From an uncultured delta proteobacterium (lineage in GTDB: Bacteria > Desulfobacterota > Binatia > UBA9968), in the NCBI GenBank assembly GCA_963816145.1, contig CAWFJP010000029.1, positions 256,001 to 320,000 on the forward strand: a DNA stretch of 64,000 nt, given 5' to 3'. Under the pieces are notes generated by a model. The model worked only from the letters and a program-made list of their open reading frames with translations. It was not told the origin of the DNA and searched no databases. Every line of letters starts with the position of its first letter. Positions within the stretch are counted from its first letter, which is position 1. Below are positions 30,261-39,858 of the stretch, piece after piece. The position numbers were made by a program, and so were the translations under genes.

Positions 30261-32351
30261 ATGGATGCGAATACCTATATCAATCGTGAATTGTCGTGGT
30301 TGGAGTTCAACCGGCGGGTGCTCGAAGAAGCCAAGGATGAGAGCGTGCCGCTGTTGGAGCGGGTGAAATTTCTGGCGATTTTCAGTGCCAATCTCGATGA
30401 ATTCTTTATGGTGCGGGTCGCGCGGCTCAAAGCGATGCTGTTCGAGGGGGATAACAGCTGCGACCCCGACGGTCTGACGCCGGCGGAAGCATTGTCGGCG
30501 ATTTCGGCGCGAGTGCACGAATTGGCCGCTGAACAACACTTATGTTTCCTCAACACCATCATGCCTCAACTGAGCGCCGAAGGAATTCATCTGGTTCGTC
30601 CCGAAGAGATGAGCGGCGAGCAAGAGCGGTTTCTCGAAGAATTCTTCCTGCGCACGCTCTATCCGATCGTTACGCCTCTCGCTATCGATCCGGCCCATCC
30701 GTTTCCTTATTTGGCCAATCGCTCGCTCGGTTTGGTGGTAGCCTTGCAGCCGATGCTGGCTTCACGTCTGCCCCACACCGATCTTTCCATCGTGCACATC
30801 CCGACTCAGGTGGCGCCGCGTTTCATTCCTCTGCCGGCGCGCGATGGACAACATGCCTTCATGCTGTTGGAAGATACCTTGCATCATTATCTGCCGCGTC
30901 TTTATCACGGTTTTAAGATTGTCTCGTGCCATGCCATCCGGGTGACCCGGGATGCCGATTTCCTGGTGTCACGGCGGCGCGACGAGGATCTTATGATGAC
31001 CATTGAGAAAGGCATTCGCGAGCGACGCATGGGCGATGCGGTGCGGCTACAATACGATCCCGATCTACCGGTCGAGATCGTCACTCAGTTGGTTGAGCAG
31101 CTGGAGCTCACGCGTGAAGATCTCTACCCGGGCAAAGGTTTCACGGCATTCACCGATTTGTTTCAGTTATACGGCGCCGTGAACCTGCCGCGCCTCAAGG
31201 ATCGGCCTCAGGCGCCGTTGCCGGTGCCGGCCTTCGAGCGCGCGCCCGATATTTGGAGCGCGATTCGCAACGGCGACGTTTTGGCGTTTCATCCTTATCA
31301 GTCATTTGATGCCGTGGTGCGTTTTGTCGAGGAAGCGGCCAAGGATCCTAAAGTATTGGCAATTAAGATGACGTTTTACCGAGTTAGCCCAACCTCACCG
31401 ATTGCCCAAGCGCTCGCACGGGCAGCCGAGGCAGGCAAAGAGGTGTCGGTGCTCGTCGAGTTGCAAGCGCGCTTTGACGAGGAAGCCAACATTAGCTGGG
31501 CGCGCGCGCTGGAGGAGGTCGGCGCCCATGTGGTTTATGGGCTGGTCGGTTATAAGACGCACTGTAAAATCTGTTTGGTGGTGCGTCAGGAAGCCGATGG
31601 CATTCGCCGCTACTGCCACCTGGCGACGGGAAACTACAATGTCAGGACCGCCGGTGTTTATAGCGATCTCGGTTTGTTCACATGCCGCGAGACGTTCGGC
31701 CAAGATTTGACCGAGCTGTTCAATCTGTTGACCGGATACACGCGACCGCAAAAATTCAACCACTTGATCTTGGCGCCGATCGGTCTGCGTGAGTATTTCA
31801 TAAACGCCATTCGCCGCGAGGCCGATCATGCGCGCGCCGGGCAGCCGGCGCGGATCATCGCCAAGATAAACAGTTTGGTCGATCCGTCGGTGATCGAAGA
31901 ACTCTACCTTGCCAGCCAAGCCGGGGTGGAAATCGATCTCATCATCAGGGGCATGTGCAGTTTGCGGCCCGGCTTGCCGGGAATATCCGACCGCATCCGG
32001 GTGCTCTCCATCATCGACCGCTATCTGGAGCATGCGCGCATCTTCTATTTCCACAACCACGGCAAGCCGGAATATATGCTGGCGTCGGCGGACTGGATGC
32101 AGCGCAATTTCGATCGCCGAGTCGAGATTGCCTTCCCGGTGCTGGATGGGCAGCATCAGGCCAAGCTTAAAGAAATTTTGGATACCCAACTAGCCGATAG
32201 TGTGAAAGGCTGGCGCATTCAGTCCGACGGCAGCTCGCTTCGGATGCGCACGGAAGGCGCGGACTCGACGCGCTCGCAAGAACGGCTTTACGAAATCATG
32301 GGCACCGAGCGAAATGGTTCGGCGCCTCGCGCGACGCACGACAGCGATTGA
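30261..32351 (+). CDS. ppk1: Polyphosphate kinase 1
   Basis: 'NRELSWLEFN.RVL', 'NLDEFFMVRVA', 'HPFP', 'HPYQSF', 'ARFDEEANI', 'KTHCK', 'TGNYN', 'YLEH.R', 'SADWM.RN'. Confidence 0.97.
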   Translation: MDANTYINRELSWLEFNRRVLEEAKDESVPLLERVKFLAIFSANLDEFFMVRVARLKAMLFEGDNSCDPDGLTPAEALSAISARVHELAAEQHLCFLNTIMPQLSAEGIHLVRPEEMSGEQERFLEEFFLRTLYPIVTPLAIDPAHPFPYLANRSLGLVVALQPMLASRLPHTDLSIVHIPTQVAPRFIPLPARDGQHAFMLLEDTLHHYLPRLYHGFKIVSCHAIRVTRDADFLVSRRRDEDLMMTIEKGIRERRMGDAVRLQYDPDLPVEIVTQLVEQLELTREDLYPGKGFTAFTDLFQLYGAVNLPRLKDRPQAPLPVPAFERAPDIWSAIRNGDVLAFHPYQSFDAVVRFVEEAAKDPKVLAIKMTFYRVSPTSPIAQALARAAEAGKEVSVLVELQARFDEEANISWARALEEVGAHVVYGLVGYKTHCKICLVVRQEADGIRRYCHLATGNYNVRTAGVYSDLGLFTCRETFGQDLTELFNLLTGYTRPQKFNHLILAPIGLREYFINAIRREADHARAGQPARIIAKINSLVDPSVIEELYLASQAGVEIDLIIRGMCSLRPGLPGISDRIRVLSIIDRYLEHARIFYFHNHGKPEYMLASADWMQRNFDRRVEIAFPVLDGQHQAKLKEILDTQLADSVKGWRIQSDGSSLRMRTEGADSTRSQERLYEIMGTERNGSAPRATHDSD

Positions 32352-32402
32352 TGTCGTGCCGGTCGTCATCGAATTGCTAAGAGGCGATCGAGCGAGTTAG
32401 GG

Positions 32403-34283
32403 TTATTCGTCTATTCGAAAATGTTGGTCTTGGCAAAACCGCTCCGCCAGGTTCAATGGCCTGAGCAACGCGGCCTTTTTTGTCTGATGGTCTTGCATGC
32501 GGCGCAGAACGTTGTCCAACGTCCGAACCGCCTCAACGACATACGGCCCCTTGTTTAGCATTACGCATTCGGCGCGCTCAGCCATCGCAGCGTCGGTGAT
32601 TTCCGCGCGCGACGGGTGGCCTTTCTTTGCTAGAGTCTCCAAGACCTGGGTTGCCCAAATGACCGGGACATGAGCCGCTTCGGCGATCCACATGATCTCT
32701 TCTTGCAACTCACCAGTTCGTTCGTAGCCGCATTCGACGGCCAGGTCGCCGCGGGCGATCATCACGCCGACCCTTGGATGGCGCATCGCCGTCAAAATTA
32801 AGCTCGGCAAACGTTCGAAAGCTTTGCGGGTTTCGATTTTGAGTACGATGCCGAGTTCGTTTCCACGCACCCGATCAAGCTCGGTCAGCAACAACTCGAC
32901 GTCGCGTGTGCTGCGGACAAATGAGTAATCGACCAGGTCGGCGTGGCCTGCGATGAACGGTAAATGGGCGATATCTTCTGCGGTCAAAGCCGGAAGGTTT
33001 AGTTCGCTGTCCGGCAGATTGATGCCCTTGTCGGAGCGGAGATTCTCGCCCTTGGCTCTGGCCTGAACTATTTCCACGCGCATTTGATCCGGCTCGACGG
33101 AGCGTATGACGCCGCCAATCTTGCCGTCATCGAACCAGATGGGTTCTCCCGCGCGCGCATCGGCGAAAATTTGCGGCAGGGTGACGCCGATTCTTGCGGG
33201 CTCAAGAATATCGCCATTGACGTTACGGAGCGCCGCTCGACCGGGTGTATCAGCGTTAGTCAGGATCAAGAGATCGCCAGGCTTAAGGACAATTGCCGGT
33301 TGCACGGGTGGCAGGGCGCCGATCCGGGTTAAATCTCTCAGCCGGACAACACTCAAGGCTGTTTCCGAGGTGAGGTAAGATGTTTGACTGGATTCAGCGA
33401 GATAACCGGCGCCAAACGGCTGGGTTACCTCCATCGAGCGCCAAGCATCCCTAGCGTCGTTAAACGTGATTCTGTCGCCGCTACGGAGCCGGGCGAGCCA
33501 ATTGCCGGGCATCGTCAAGCAAGCGTCGGTGTGCGCGCAGGCCGGTTCGGGATGCTCCAGCGGCGTCAACCAAATTCGCGCTGGGGCGGTTACCTTGCCA
33601 TATCGATCCCGCCGAGGTTTCCATTTTACAACGCCCGGCACGGGTTCGATCGGGCCGGTGCGTAGCTTGGGCCCGGGCAGGTCCATAATAACGCGGCAAG
33701 ACCGGTTGTGCTCCGTCCGCGCTCGGCGCAGATGCTCGACCATCGCCGCCCAAGCGTCTTGATGATCGTGGGCGCAGTTGATGCGCATGCAATCCATGCC
33801 GTTGGCGACAAGGTCACTGACCAGCCGGTAATCGGTTGCGGCTTCGCTCGGCATGGTGACCATGATCCGGACGTCACGGTCGGCTGGTTTCGGCCCGAGC
33901 AAGGCTGCCGAATTTTGTTCGAGATTGGATCTACCTAGGGTGCAATCGACCGGACCTGAATCCGTAGAGTGCCTCCCCATCAGATTGGCGGCGACATTCA
34001 TTACCGCGTCGAGGTTGGCTAAGACTCGTGACTCGCATCTTCCGAGAGATGATAAGCCGAATAAAGCGAGTTTTTCCTGCAATGGCCGGATATCGTGCCG
34101 TCTGAGGGCCAAGTAATGAAGCAAGTTTTTTGCGCCATCGCGATGCGCGTCCGCCAAAGACCCAGTATGCTCGCGAAAGCTATTTTCCATCCGCAGCATT
34201 TCATCGCGGAGAGCCGATATTTCCTGGAACGGCTCATCCAAATGACGCCAGGCACGATTATTTTCATTGGATCGCTCGTCCAT
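32403..34283 (-). CDS. pyk: Pyruvate kinase-like protein (atypical long form)
   Basis: 'RINCAH', 'DLPGPKLRTG', 'KGINLP', 'SFVR', 'KIET', 'MIARGDLAVE', 'ATQVLE', 'PSRAEITDA'. AAGGAAG before ATG 34283. Confidence 0.85.
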   Translation of the reverse strand: MDERSNENNRAWRHLDEPFQEISALRDEMLRMENSFREHTGSLADAHRDGAKNLLHYLALRRHDIRPLQEKLALFGLSSLGRCESRVLANLDAVMNVAANLMGRHSTDSGPVDCTLGRSNLEQNSAALLGPKPADRDVRIMVTMPSEAATDYRLVSDLVANGMDCMRINCAHDHQDAWAAMVEHLRRARTEHNRSCRVIMDLPGPKLRTGPIEPVPGVVKWKPRRDRYGKVTAPARIWLTPLEHPEPACAHTDACLTMPGNWLARLRSGDRITFNDARDAWRSMEVTQPFGAGYLAESSQTSYLTSETALSVVRLRDLTRIGALPPVQPAIVLKPGDLLILTNADTPGRAALRNVNGDILEPARIGVTLPQIFADARAGEPIWFDDGKIGGVIRSVEPDQMRVEIVQARAKGENLRSDKGINLPDSELNLPALTAEDIAHLPFIAGHADLVDYSFVRSTRDVELLLTELDRVRGNELGIVLKIETRKAFERLPSLILTAMRHPRVGVMIARGDLAVECGYERTGELQEEIMWIAEAAHVPVIWATQVLETLAKKGHPSRAEITDAAMAERAECVMLNKGPYVVEAVRTLDNVLRRMQDHQTKKAALLRPLNLAERFCQDQHFRIDE

Positions 34284-34931
34284 AACGGCTTCCTTTCTCT
34301 GGTCATTCGCGAACGCAGATAGTATGCCGTCCGGCCTTCTGTAACCTTGCGTTAAAGAGAATTTCATATTGGCGTATCGTTGCTGCTAGTTTGAGGGTTT
34401 TTCACCGGTTTCAGCCTCGGCGGGTGCAGCGCAGGAGGCGTGCGTTTCCCCGAGGGGGCGTCGGCCATTTAAGGATCTTCCGAGAGATAGGAAATCTGCA
34501 ATCGCTTATTCCCGTCGCTGAGAAAGCTATTCTGTGCGCTGCGGTCAATTGCATTAACGCAACCTCATACCCGTACATTACATTGACATTGGATTTTTAC
34601 CGTCAGTTTGCCAGTACTTCATCCATTCGTAAAACGCTTCGGATAGCTTGGCCGATTTCAAAGAAAAGCATTTTGGCGTTCGAATAATAACAACCGTTCA
34701 AATAGTTCCCTTATTCGGTGCTTTTTACTGGCTTGGTCTGTTTATATCTTGTTCTATGTGGTTCGGATCGTTCGCGTAACGGCGACCGCGAACGATTGCT
34801 GATTTCTGTCTGCGTTCCTTTTTTATTACGTCGATGGTTTTTTTGATTTATCATTGAGCTTTTCCATCAGTTCGTTGTACTCCCTAGAAAATTCAATTTA
34901 TTATGCAATGCGAATGGCTCTTCTACACTAG

Positions 34932-36029
34932 ATGACCGGGGTTGACGTGAGAAATAGGATGAACGTGGGCGGGATAAGATCTCTCTTGATTGTTTTCCTC
35001 TTGGGTTTCGTCATCGCCGGCGCGATGATTGCTCAGGCGGGGCCAGCGCCGGCGATTCGCAGACGATGCGCCTTCGACATTGGTTCCGGGGAGACAAAAC
35101 TCACCGCTGCCGAAGTCATATCCGCCGAGCCACATTACGCGATCACCAAGCTAATAGACAAAAAGGTCCTCCTGCCGTTTGCCAGAAGTCTCAAGGATCA
35201 GGTCATCCCCGATTGGTTAATCGAAGAGGCCATCGCAAAACTTGGTGAGCTCAGAAGCGAATGCGGCGTCCTTGGTGCTCGCGAATATTCCGGTGTCGCC
35301 ACCTCGGGATTCCGAATAGCTCGAAACGCTCACCACGCTTTGGCGAGAATATTTCAAGAAACAAAGATTCCGTTGCGGGTAATCACCGGTGAGCAAGAGG
35401 CAGCCCTCGCGTTTCTGGCAGCCGCGACTGCTCTGCAGTCAAACGGCAAGAACCTGGTGGTCTGGGACATTGGCGGCGGGAGTTTGCAGTTTAGCATGAG
35501 CGCGGATGGTGCTAGCGCGGCTCATCGAGAGTATGTCGTTTCCTCTGGGCATCAAGGGGCCGAATTATTCCGAATGGAGATCGCTAAACGGTTTAACCGT
35601 CGAGCTGCGCAAGCTGTGAACCCTTTGAGCCAGGCGGAAATGATCCAGGCTATAGAATTGGCTAGAGATTGGAGCCGCGCCGTAAATTCCAAAATTATCC
35701 AACAACTTCGCCGCGGCGATATGCGCGTTGTGGGTTTGGGAGGCATTCACACGGAGAGTCTCGTCGCTCAAGCCGGATTGCGGTTCAACGTGCCGTATCG
35801 ACTCTACACTCTTGACGGAGTCCGCGCCGCGGCCCAGCGCGCCGTCAATATGAGCGATCAGGATTTTCGCAAGGCCTATCCCGATAACAATTACCCCGAG
35901 AGTCAGGCCACCAACCTCGCGTTGGTTCTCGGCTACATGGAAGGTCTGCGAATCAAGGAAGTGATTCCCCTGGAAGTCACTCTGGCAGACGGTCTTCTCG
36001 TGGATGAGACTTACTGGCCGCCAAAATAA
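34932..36029 (+). CDS. Ppx/GppA-family (ASKHA fold) protein with an N-terminal signal peptide
   Basis: 'FDIGSG.TK', 'VATSGFR.A.N', 'ITGEQEA', 'WDIGGGSLQ', 'LADG'; hydrophobic leader ending AQA. Confidence 0.75.
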   Translation: MTGVDVRNRMNVGGIRSLLIVFLLGFVIAGAMIAQAGPAPAIRRRCAFDIGSGETKLTAAEVISAEPHYAITKLIDKKVLLPFARSLKDQVIPDWLIEEAIAKLGELRSECGVLGAREYSGVATSGFRIARNAHHALARIFQETKIPLRVITGEQEAALAFLAAATALQSNGKNLVVWDIGGGSLQFSMSADGASAAHREYVVSSGHQGAELFRMEIAKRFNRRAAQAVNPLSQAEMIQAIELARDWSRAVNSKIIQQLRRGDMRVVGLGGIHTESLVAQAGLRFNVPYRLYTLDGVRAAAQRAVNMSDQDFRKAYPDNNYPESQATNLALVLGYMEGLRIKEVIPLEVTLADGLLVDETYWPPK

Positions 36030-36337
36030 TTTCAGTAGTGCGAGATTTGTTCCTCAATTCAACTGCGTCTCTGGTGCTTGAAGCTCCGCACAATCGCCTT
36101 CTCGGAGCTACGAGTAATTGCGTTTGAATGTCGAGAAAGGGGTTTGAGTCTCGCACGACGAGCTGCGCCTCAGCGCTCGTCGCCGACGGGAAAGCCCGCG
36201 TTGCTCGATGCCGGCAATTAATCATCCATTGCGACCTGAAAAAGCAATCTGACGACGGTTTCGTCCAGAGCTATTAGGGCCGAACGCCCATATAGGACAT
36301 CCAGCGATGTGCCTTCTCTCATCGTAAGTCCGTAGCG

Positions 36338-36360
36338 GGGCTGCTCTGCAGCCCTTTTTT
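36338..36360 (+). terminator. Intrinsic terminator-like hairpin
   Basis: gggctgc-tct-gcagccc followed by T6. Confidence 0.55.
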
Positions 36361-36532
36361 CATCTCCGTTAGAGCTGTTTCTCGGCGGGAACGTTTTTGC
36401 GTCTGTTTGGCAAATCCGCGCTCAGATCACGATGCAGGTCGCTGTGAACCGGGTGATTGACCTTGGTTAAGATCTTGTTAAATCTCAATTACTGGTGTAT
36501 TTCGCTGTCTTCGGGACGGAGCTATTTTCTTT

Positions 36533-37387
36533 ATGGAATACTTGAACCACTTGCGCCTGAAAAATCCACAAGACCATGATCGACTCGGCGAACGTGAAGC
36601 GGCGATAGCAATGATTCCAGACCGGCTGACGTTTCGCTGGTGGCAACTAATCTGCGCCGTTTCGGCTGGGAATATCGTGTTGTGGAGTCTCGCTGCTTGG
36701 GGGCTGTTGGGGGAGTCCGACGTATATCGATCCAAACAGCTCGTTCTGTCCGGTCTCTTCGTTGCAGCCTGCGCATTTCGATCGCTTCTTCCGAGAGTAG
36801 ATTTGGAGCGGATGTGCCTTTGGGACGGTCCGCTTTCCTCGGTTATTATCGGTAGAACGGTTGCCACGATTGCCGAGCTGTGTTTCGCATGGCAGTGCGC
36901 GCTCTTGCTGTTTAAGCTATCGGTGCTGACCGGCTCTTCGGCTATTGAAGCGCTCGGACTAGCCGTGCTGCCAATCATCGTCGTGGCGGAACTGGCGTGC
37001 TGGTTCGCCGTTGCCACGCTGAATCACATCTGGCATGCAGTCGAAGAACTGTTGTGGTCGGTAATGGTCGGTCTGGTTGCGGTCGGTTTGGTGCTCTATT
37101 GGCGAGACGCGGGTGGGGCCCTGCCGATGTGGGTCCCAATCGGTTTGATCGCTTGTGCCGGAACAGCTGTCCTAATACTGACGGTGGATGTCCCCCTCTA
37201 CATTGCGCGCTGGCGGATCGGTAAACGCGCCGGCATGCGTTATCTCCGCGTTGTCGAGGGCTTGAAAGACGCAGTCGTGCGCCGTCGGGTCACTCAGACA
37301 CGTGATGACTGGCGCAACGAGGTGCTTTGGATGAGTCTCTATTTCAGTGCCGGTGTTTGGGTGAGCCTTGGCATCATTTTCGTTTAA
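36533..37387 (+). CDS. Conserved hypothetical multi-pass membrane protein
   Basis: About 7 TM segments with conserved-looking polar motifs 'FRS..PR.D..R.C..D', 'GRT.AT.AE', 'NH..HA.EE', 'DVP.Y..RW', 'WM..YFS'. Confidence 0.75.
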   Translation: MEYLNHLRLKNPQDHDRLGEREAAIAMIPDRLTFRWWQLICAVSAGNIVLWSLAAWGLLGESDVYRSKQLVLSGLFVAACAFRSLLPRVDLERMCLWDGPLSSVIIGRTVATIAELCFAWQCALLLFKLSVLTGSSAIEALGLAVLPIIVVAELACWFAVATLNHIWHAVEELLWSVMVGLVAVGLVLYWRDAGGALPMWVPIGLIACAGTAVLILTVDVPLYIARWRIGKRAGMRYLRVVEGLKDAVVRRRVTQTRDDWRNEVLWMSLYFSAGVWVSLGIIFV

Positions 37388-37938
37388 TCGCCGGCGTTGG
37401 CGCATGCCGAGCTGATCCCGCCTCAGATAGGGGACTTTCTGCGATCTGCGCTCGGCAATAAGGATGATCTTTGCAGTGCCGCGCAGGAATCGTGCACACC
37501 CGCAGATCCTAGTTTGAGAAACTCAGAGAGTGACAAGCCGATATTGCACCGGGAGCGCAAACGCACGGTCGAGCCCGCGGCGCTACGCGCCGGTGCGCTC
37601 AACGACCTCTTGAAGACGCGTGGAGTTTTTAGTTTGCCTTCGCAACGTGAACTTTATTTGTTTGTAACGACCTTGTAATCGATATCCGCCATAAATTGGA
37701 CCCATGCCAGTCTGAGTAAACGACTTTCCGAACTCCAAGGATTAAAACGAAGAACCTTTTTATGGGCGGCGTTTGCCTCGCCGGCGCGGTGCCGCGAAAC
37801 GCGAAAGCCTCAAGCGACTGGGGGTCAGACGGTTTGCTCGCAGCGGCATGATAAGGCGCATGTTCTGCGGATGCGGTCACCCAGCTTCGGGGTGAGCGCA
37901 TAAATTAGAGAATGATAAAGAAGGAAGGAACGCACAGT

Positions 37939-38025
37939 ATGACACGTTATGTGGAAATTTTTGGCTGGATGATCGTCTGTCTTATTTTTGCGTATACGAT
38001 ATTCTCGATAGTCGCGCGCTGGTAA
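37939..38025 (+). CDS. Putative 28-aa single-TM small protein
   Basis: AAGGAAGGA SD, then MTRYVEIFGWMIVCLIFAYTIFSIVARW*. Confidence 0.45.
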   Translation: MTRYVEIFGWMIVCLIFAYTIFSIVARW

Positions 38026-38331
38026 ATGAGCCGGTGCAGCGGTTTTCTATGAACCTTTGATGATCGGCAAAAACAGATAAAGCAAATCGCCGAGTAGGGG
38101 GTCTGATCGGCGCATCCATCAGGAGCTGAAGCTAAACCAACGCAACCAAAATATCATCGCAGCGTCACGATGCAGTAATCTCCTCGGTACAGACTACGTT
38201 CAATGATTTGGCGAACGGTGCAAACCTCACCCCCCTCGCCAAGCGGGAAGCCGTCAACCCCCCGGGCGGCTTCCCGCCAACCTCGTTGAGAGTGGGTTTA
38301 GGCGTTGTTACCATAAGACGGAGGATCAGCG

Positions 38332-38496
38332 ATGAGTGCCAATTTCAGACTTGTCGCTTGGTGGCTGGCCTGCTCGGTGACGGCGGTGCTCATCAGTAAC
38401 GGTTTCGCAAGAGTTCGTATGACGTTGAATTGGGATCAACAATCTCAAACCACGACGCCAGTACGTGTTGCTCATGTCCAATCGGAACCGCGTTAG
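38332..38496 (+). CDS. Putative 54-aa small exported or membrane protein
   Basis: GGAGGA SD, then MSANFRLVAWWLACSVTAVLISNGFARVRMTLNWDQQSQTTTPVRVAHVQSEPR*. Confidence 0.45.
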   Translation: MSANFRLVAWWLACSVTAVLISNGFARVRMTLNWDQQSQTTTPVRVAHVQSEPR

Positions 38497-38898
38497 AATT
38501 GCGACTTAAAGGTAAAATCTTCGACATCGTTACGGTTGGCCAGCGTGGTGTTGGCGTATCTAACGTGTCACGTTCTCTGGATAAATTTTGTTAGCCTCGG
38601 CATTCCGCTCCAATATCCCGGAGTTATTGTCGTGCCGACGGCGCAGCCGAACAGCAATGATCCCGGAGCGCCGATGAGCGCGGCCATAAATCGCACTTGG
38701 GTCGCGCCGACTCTGTTGGTGCCTTAAGAAAACCTATGAAACACGACGAAGGTGCGGCTGCGTACCGGCGGCGGTTTTCACACGTCAATACAAGTCTGCC
38801 GCATGACTGCCTTTAGTGAGGAAGTCGCGAATGACGAGCAATCTCACGTTAGCGAGACGTTCACATCAGATCGACCATGAGGACTGAGCTCAACAGGC

Positions 38899-39850
38899 TT
38901 AGACTAGCTCTTGAAATAATTGTTTCCAGGCAGCCAATTCCTCTTTCGGTTTGACTATGTGAGCGAGACTTCGGCACTGGCGTTTTAGCAATCGGTAAAA
39001 TTCTCGATCCGACTCTGCGCGCAAAAGCAGGCGCCGCAGCGTTTTTGTGTCGCCAACGGGAAAGTAACCGGCAAAGCGCTTGCCGAGGGTCCCCATCAAG
39101 CCGGATATTTTTGATGCTATCACGGGCACGCCGGACGCGAGCGCTTCCGACAGGACGTTGGAGCTGCCCTCCATTTTTGAGGTGATGGTGACGAGCTTGC
39201 TTTGGGCGAGCAGGGCGCGGGTCTTGCGGTGGGAAAGTTGACCCAGCCAACGGTAGCGGGGATTGCGTTTCACTTCGGCTTTGACCTCTTTCTCAATCCC
39301 CTTATCAAGGGCCAGCCCGACCTGGGTGACGACGATACGTGATTGCCGCGGCAGATCGCGCACGGCCATCGCCGTACGCAGCGGGTCTTTTTCGTCGCGC
39401 AGATGGCCGATCACGCAAACTTCAAACCGATCTTTATGCCGCTTCGGTATGCCCGGAAGTTGCTCAGCCGACTGATAGATCACCTTAGTTTTGCCGCGAA
39501 AGCGTGTCGGCAGTTCTAATAAAGCGAGTTTTTGTAGGGCGACCAAGCGCGTCGCAAACTCAAGGGATTGTTGAGATTCCTTATTTTGATGGATATCGCG
39601 ATAAACATCGGTGCCGGTGAGCACGACGATCAGCGGTTTGGCCGGATGGGTTTCGTGAAACCGTCTGATTGATTCGGCGCTGCGCAGGGCATGAAGCGCG
39701 ATCAACGACATCGCAAGTTTTGCCGTCATAGATTTGCCGCACGCGCACGCGGTGGCCGAGTTTTTTCAGGATCGCCGCCCAGCGCAGCGCTGTGATCTTG
39801 TTGCCGTTGTTGATCGTCAGCGGCGCGGGAGTGACCAGTTGGATATTCAC
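38899..39850 (-). pseudogene. senB: Selenosugar synthase SenB-like glycosyltransferase interrupted by a +1 frameshift (possibly a sequencing error)
   Basis: N-part 'VTPA...NGNKITALRWA' and C-part 'LIALHA.RS', 'LTGTD.YRDI', 'GHLR.EKDP', 'S.MEG..NV.SEA' join if one base near 39706 is removed (GAT GTC g TTG ATC). Confidence 0.82.
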
Positions 39851-39858
39851 GTGTCACG

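Noticed and set aside
34370-34930. AT-rich intergenic stretch as an ncRNA or hidden gene
   Set aside because: No convincing ORF, repeat or conserved structure; probably divergent promoter DNA.
36130-36200. ggggtttgagtctc resembling a tRNA T-arm, with nearby hairpins
   Set aside because: I could not build a cloverleaf, acceptor stem or anticodon arm.
37760-37860. Possible c-di-GMP riboswitch (gcgaaagcc segment)
   Set aside because: The required P1/P2 architecture and tetraloop-receptor pattern are not evident.
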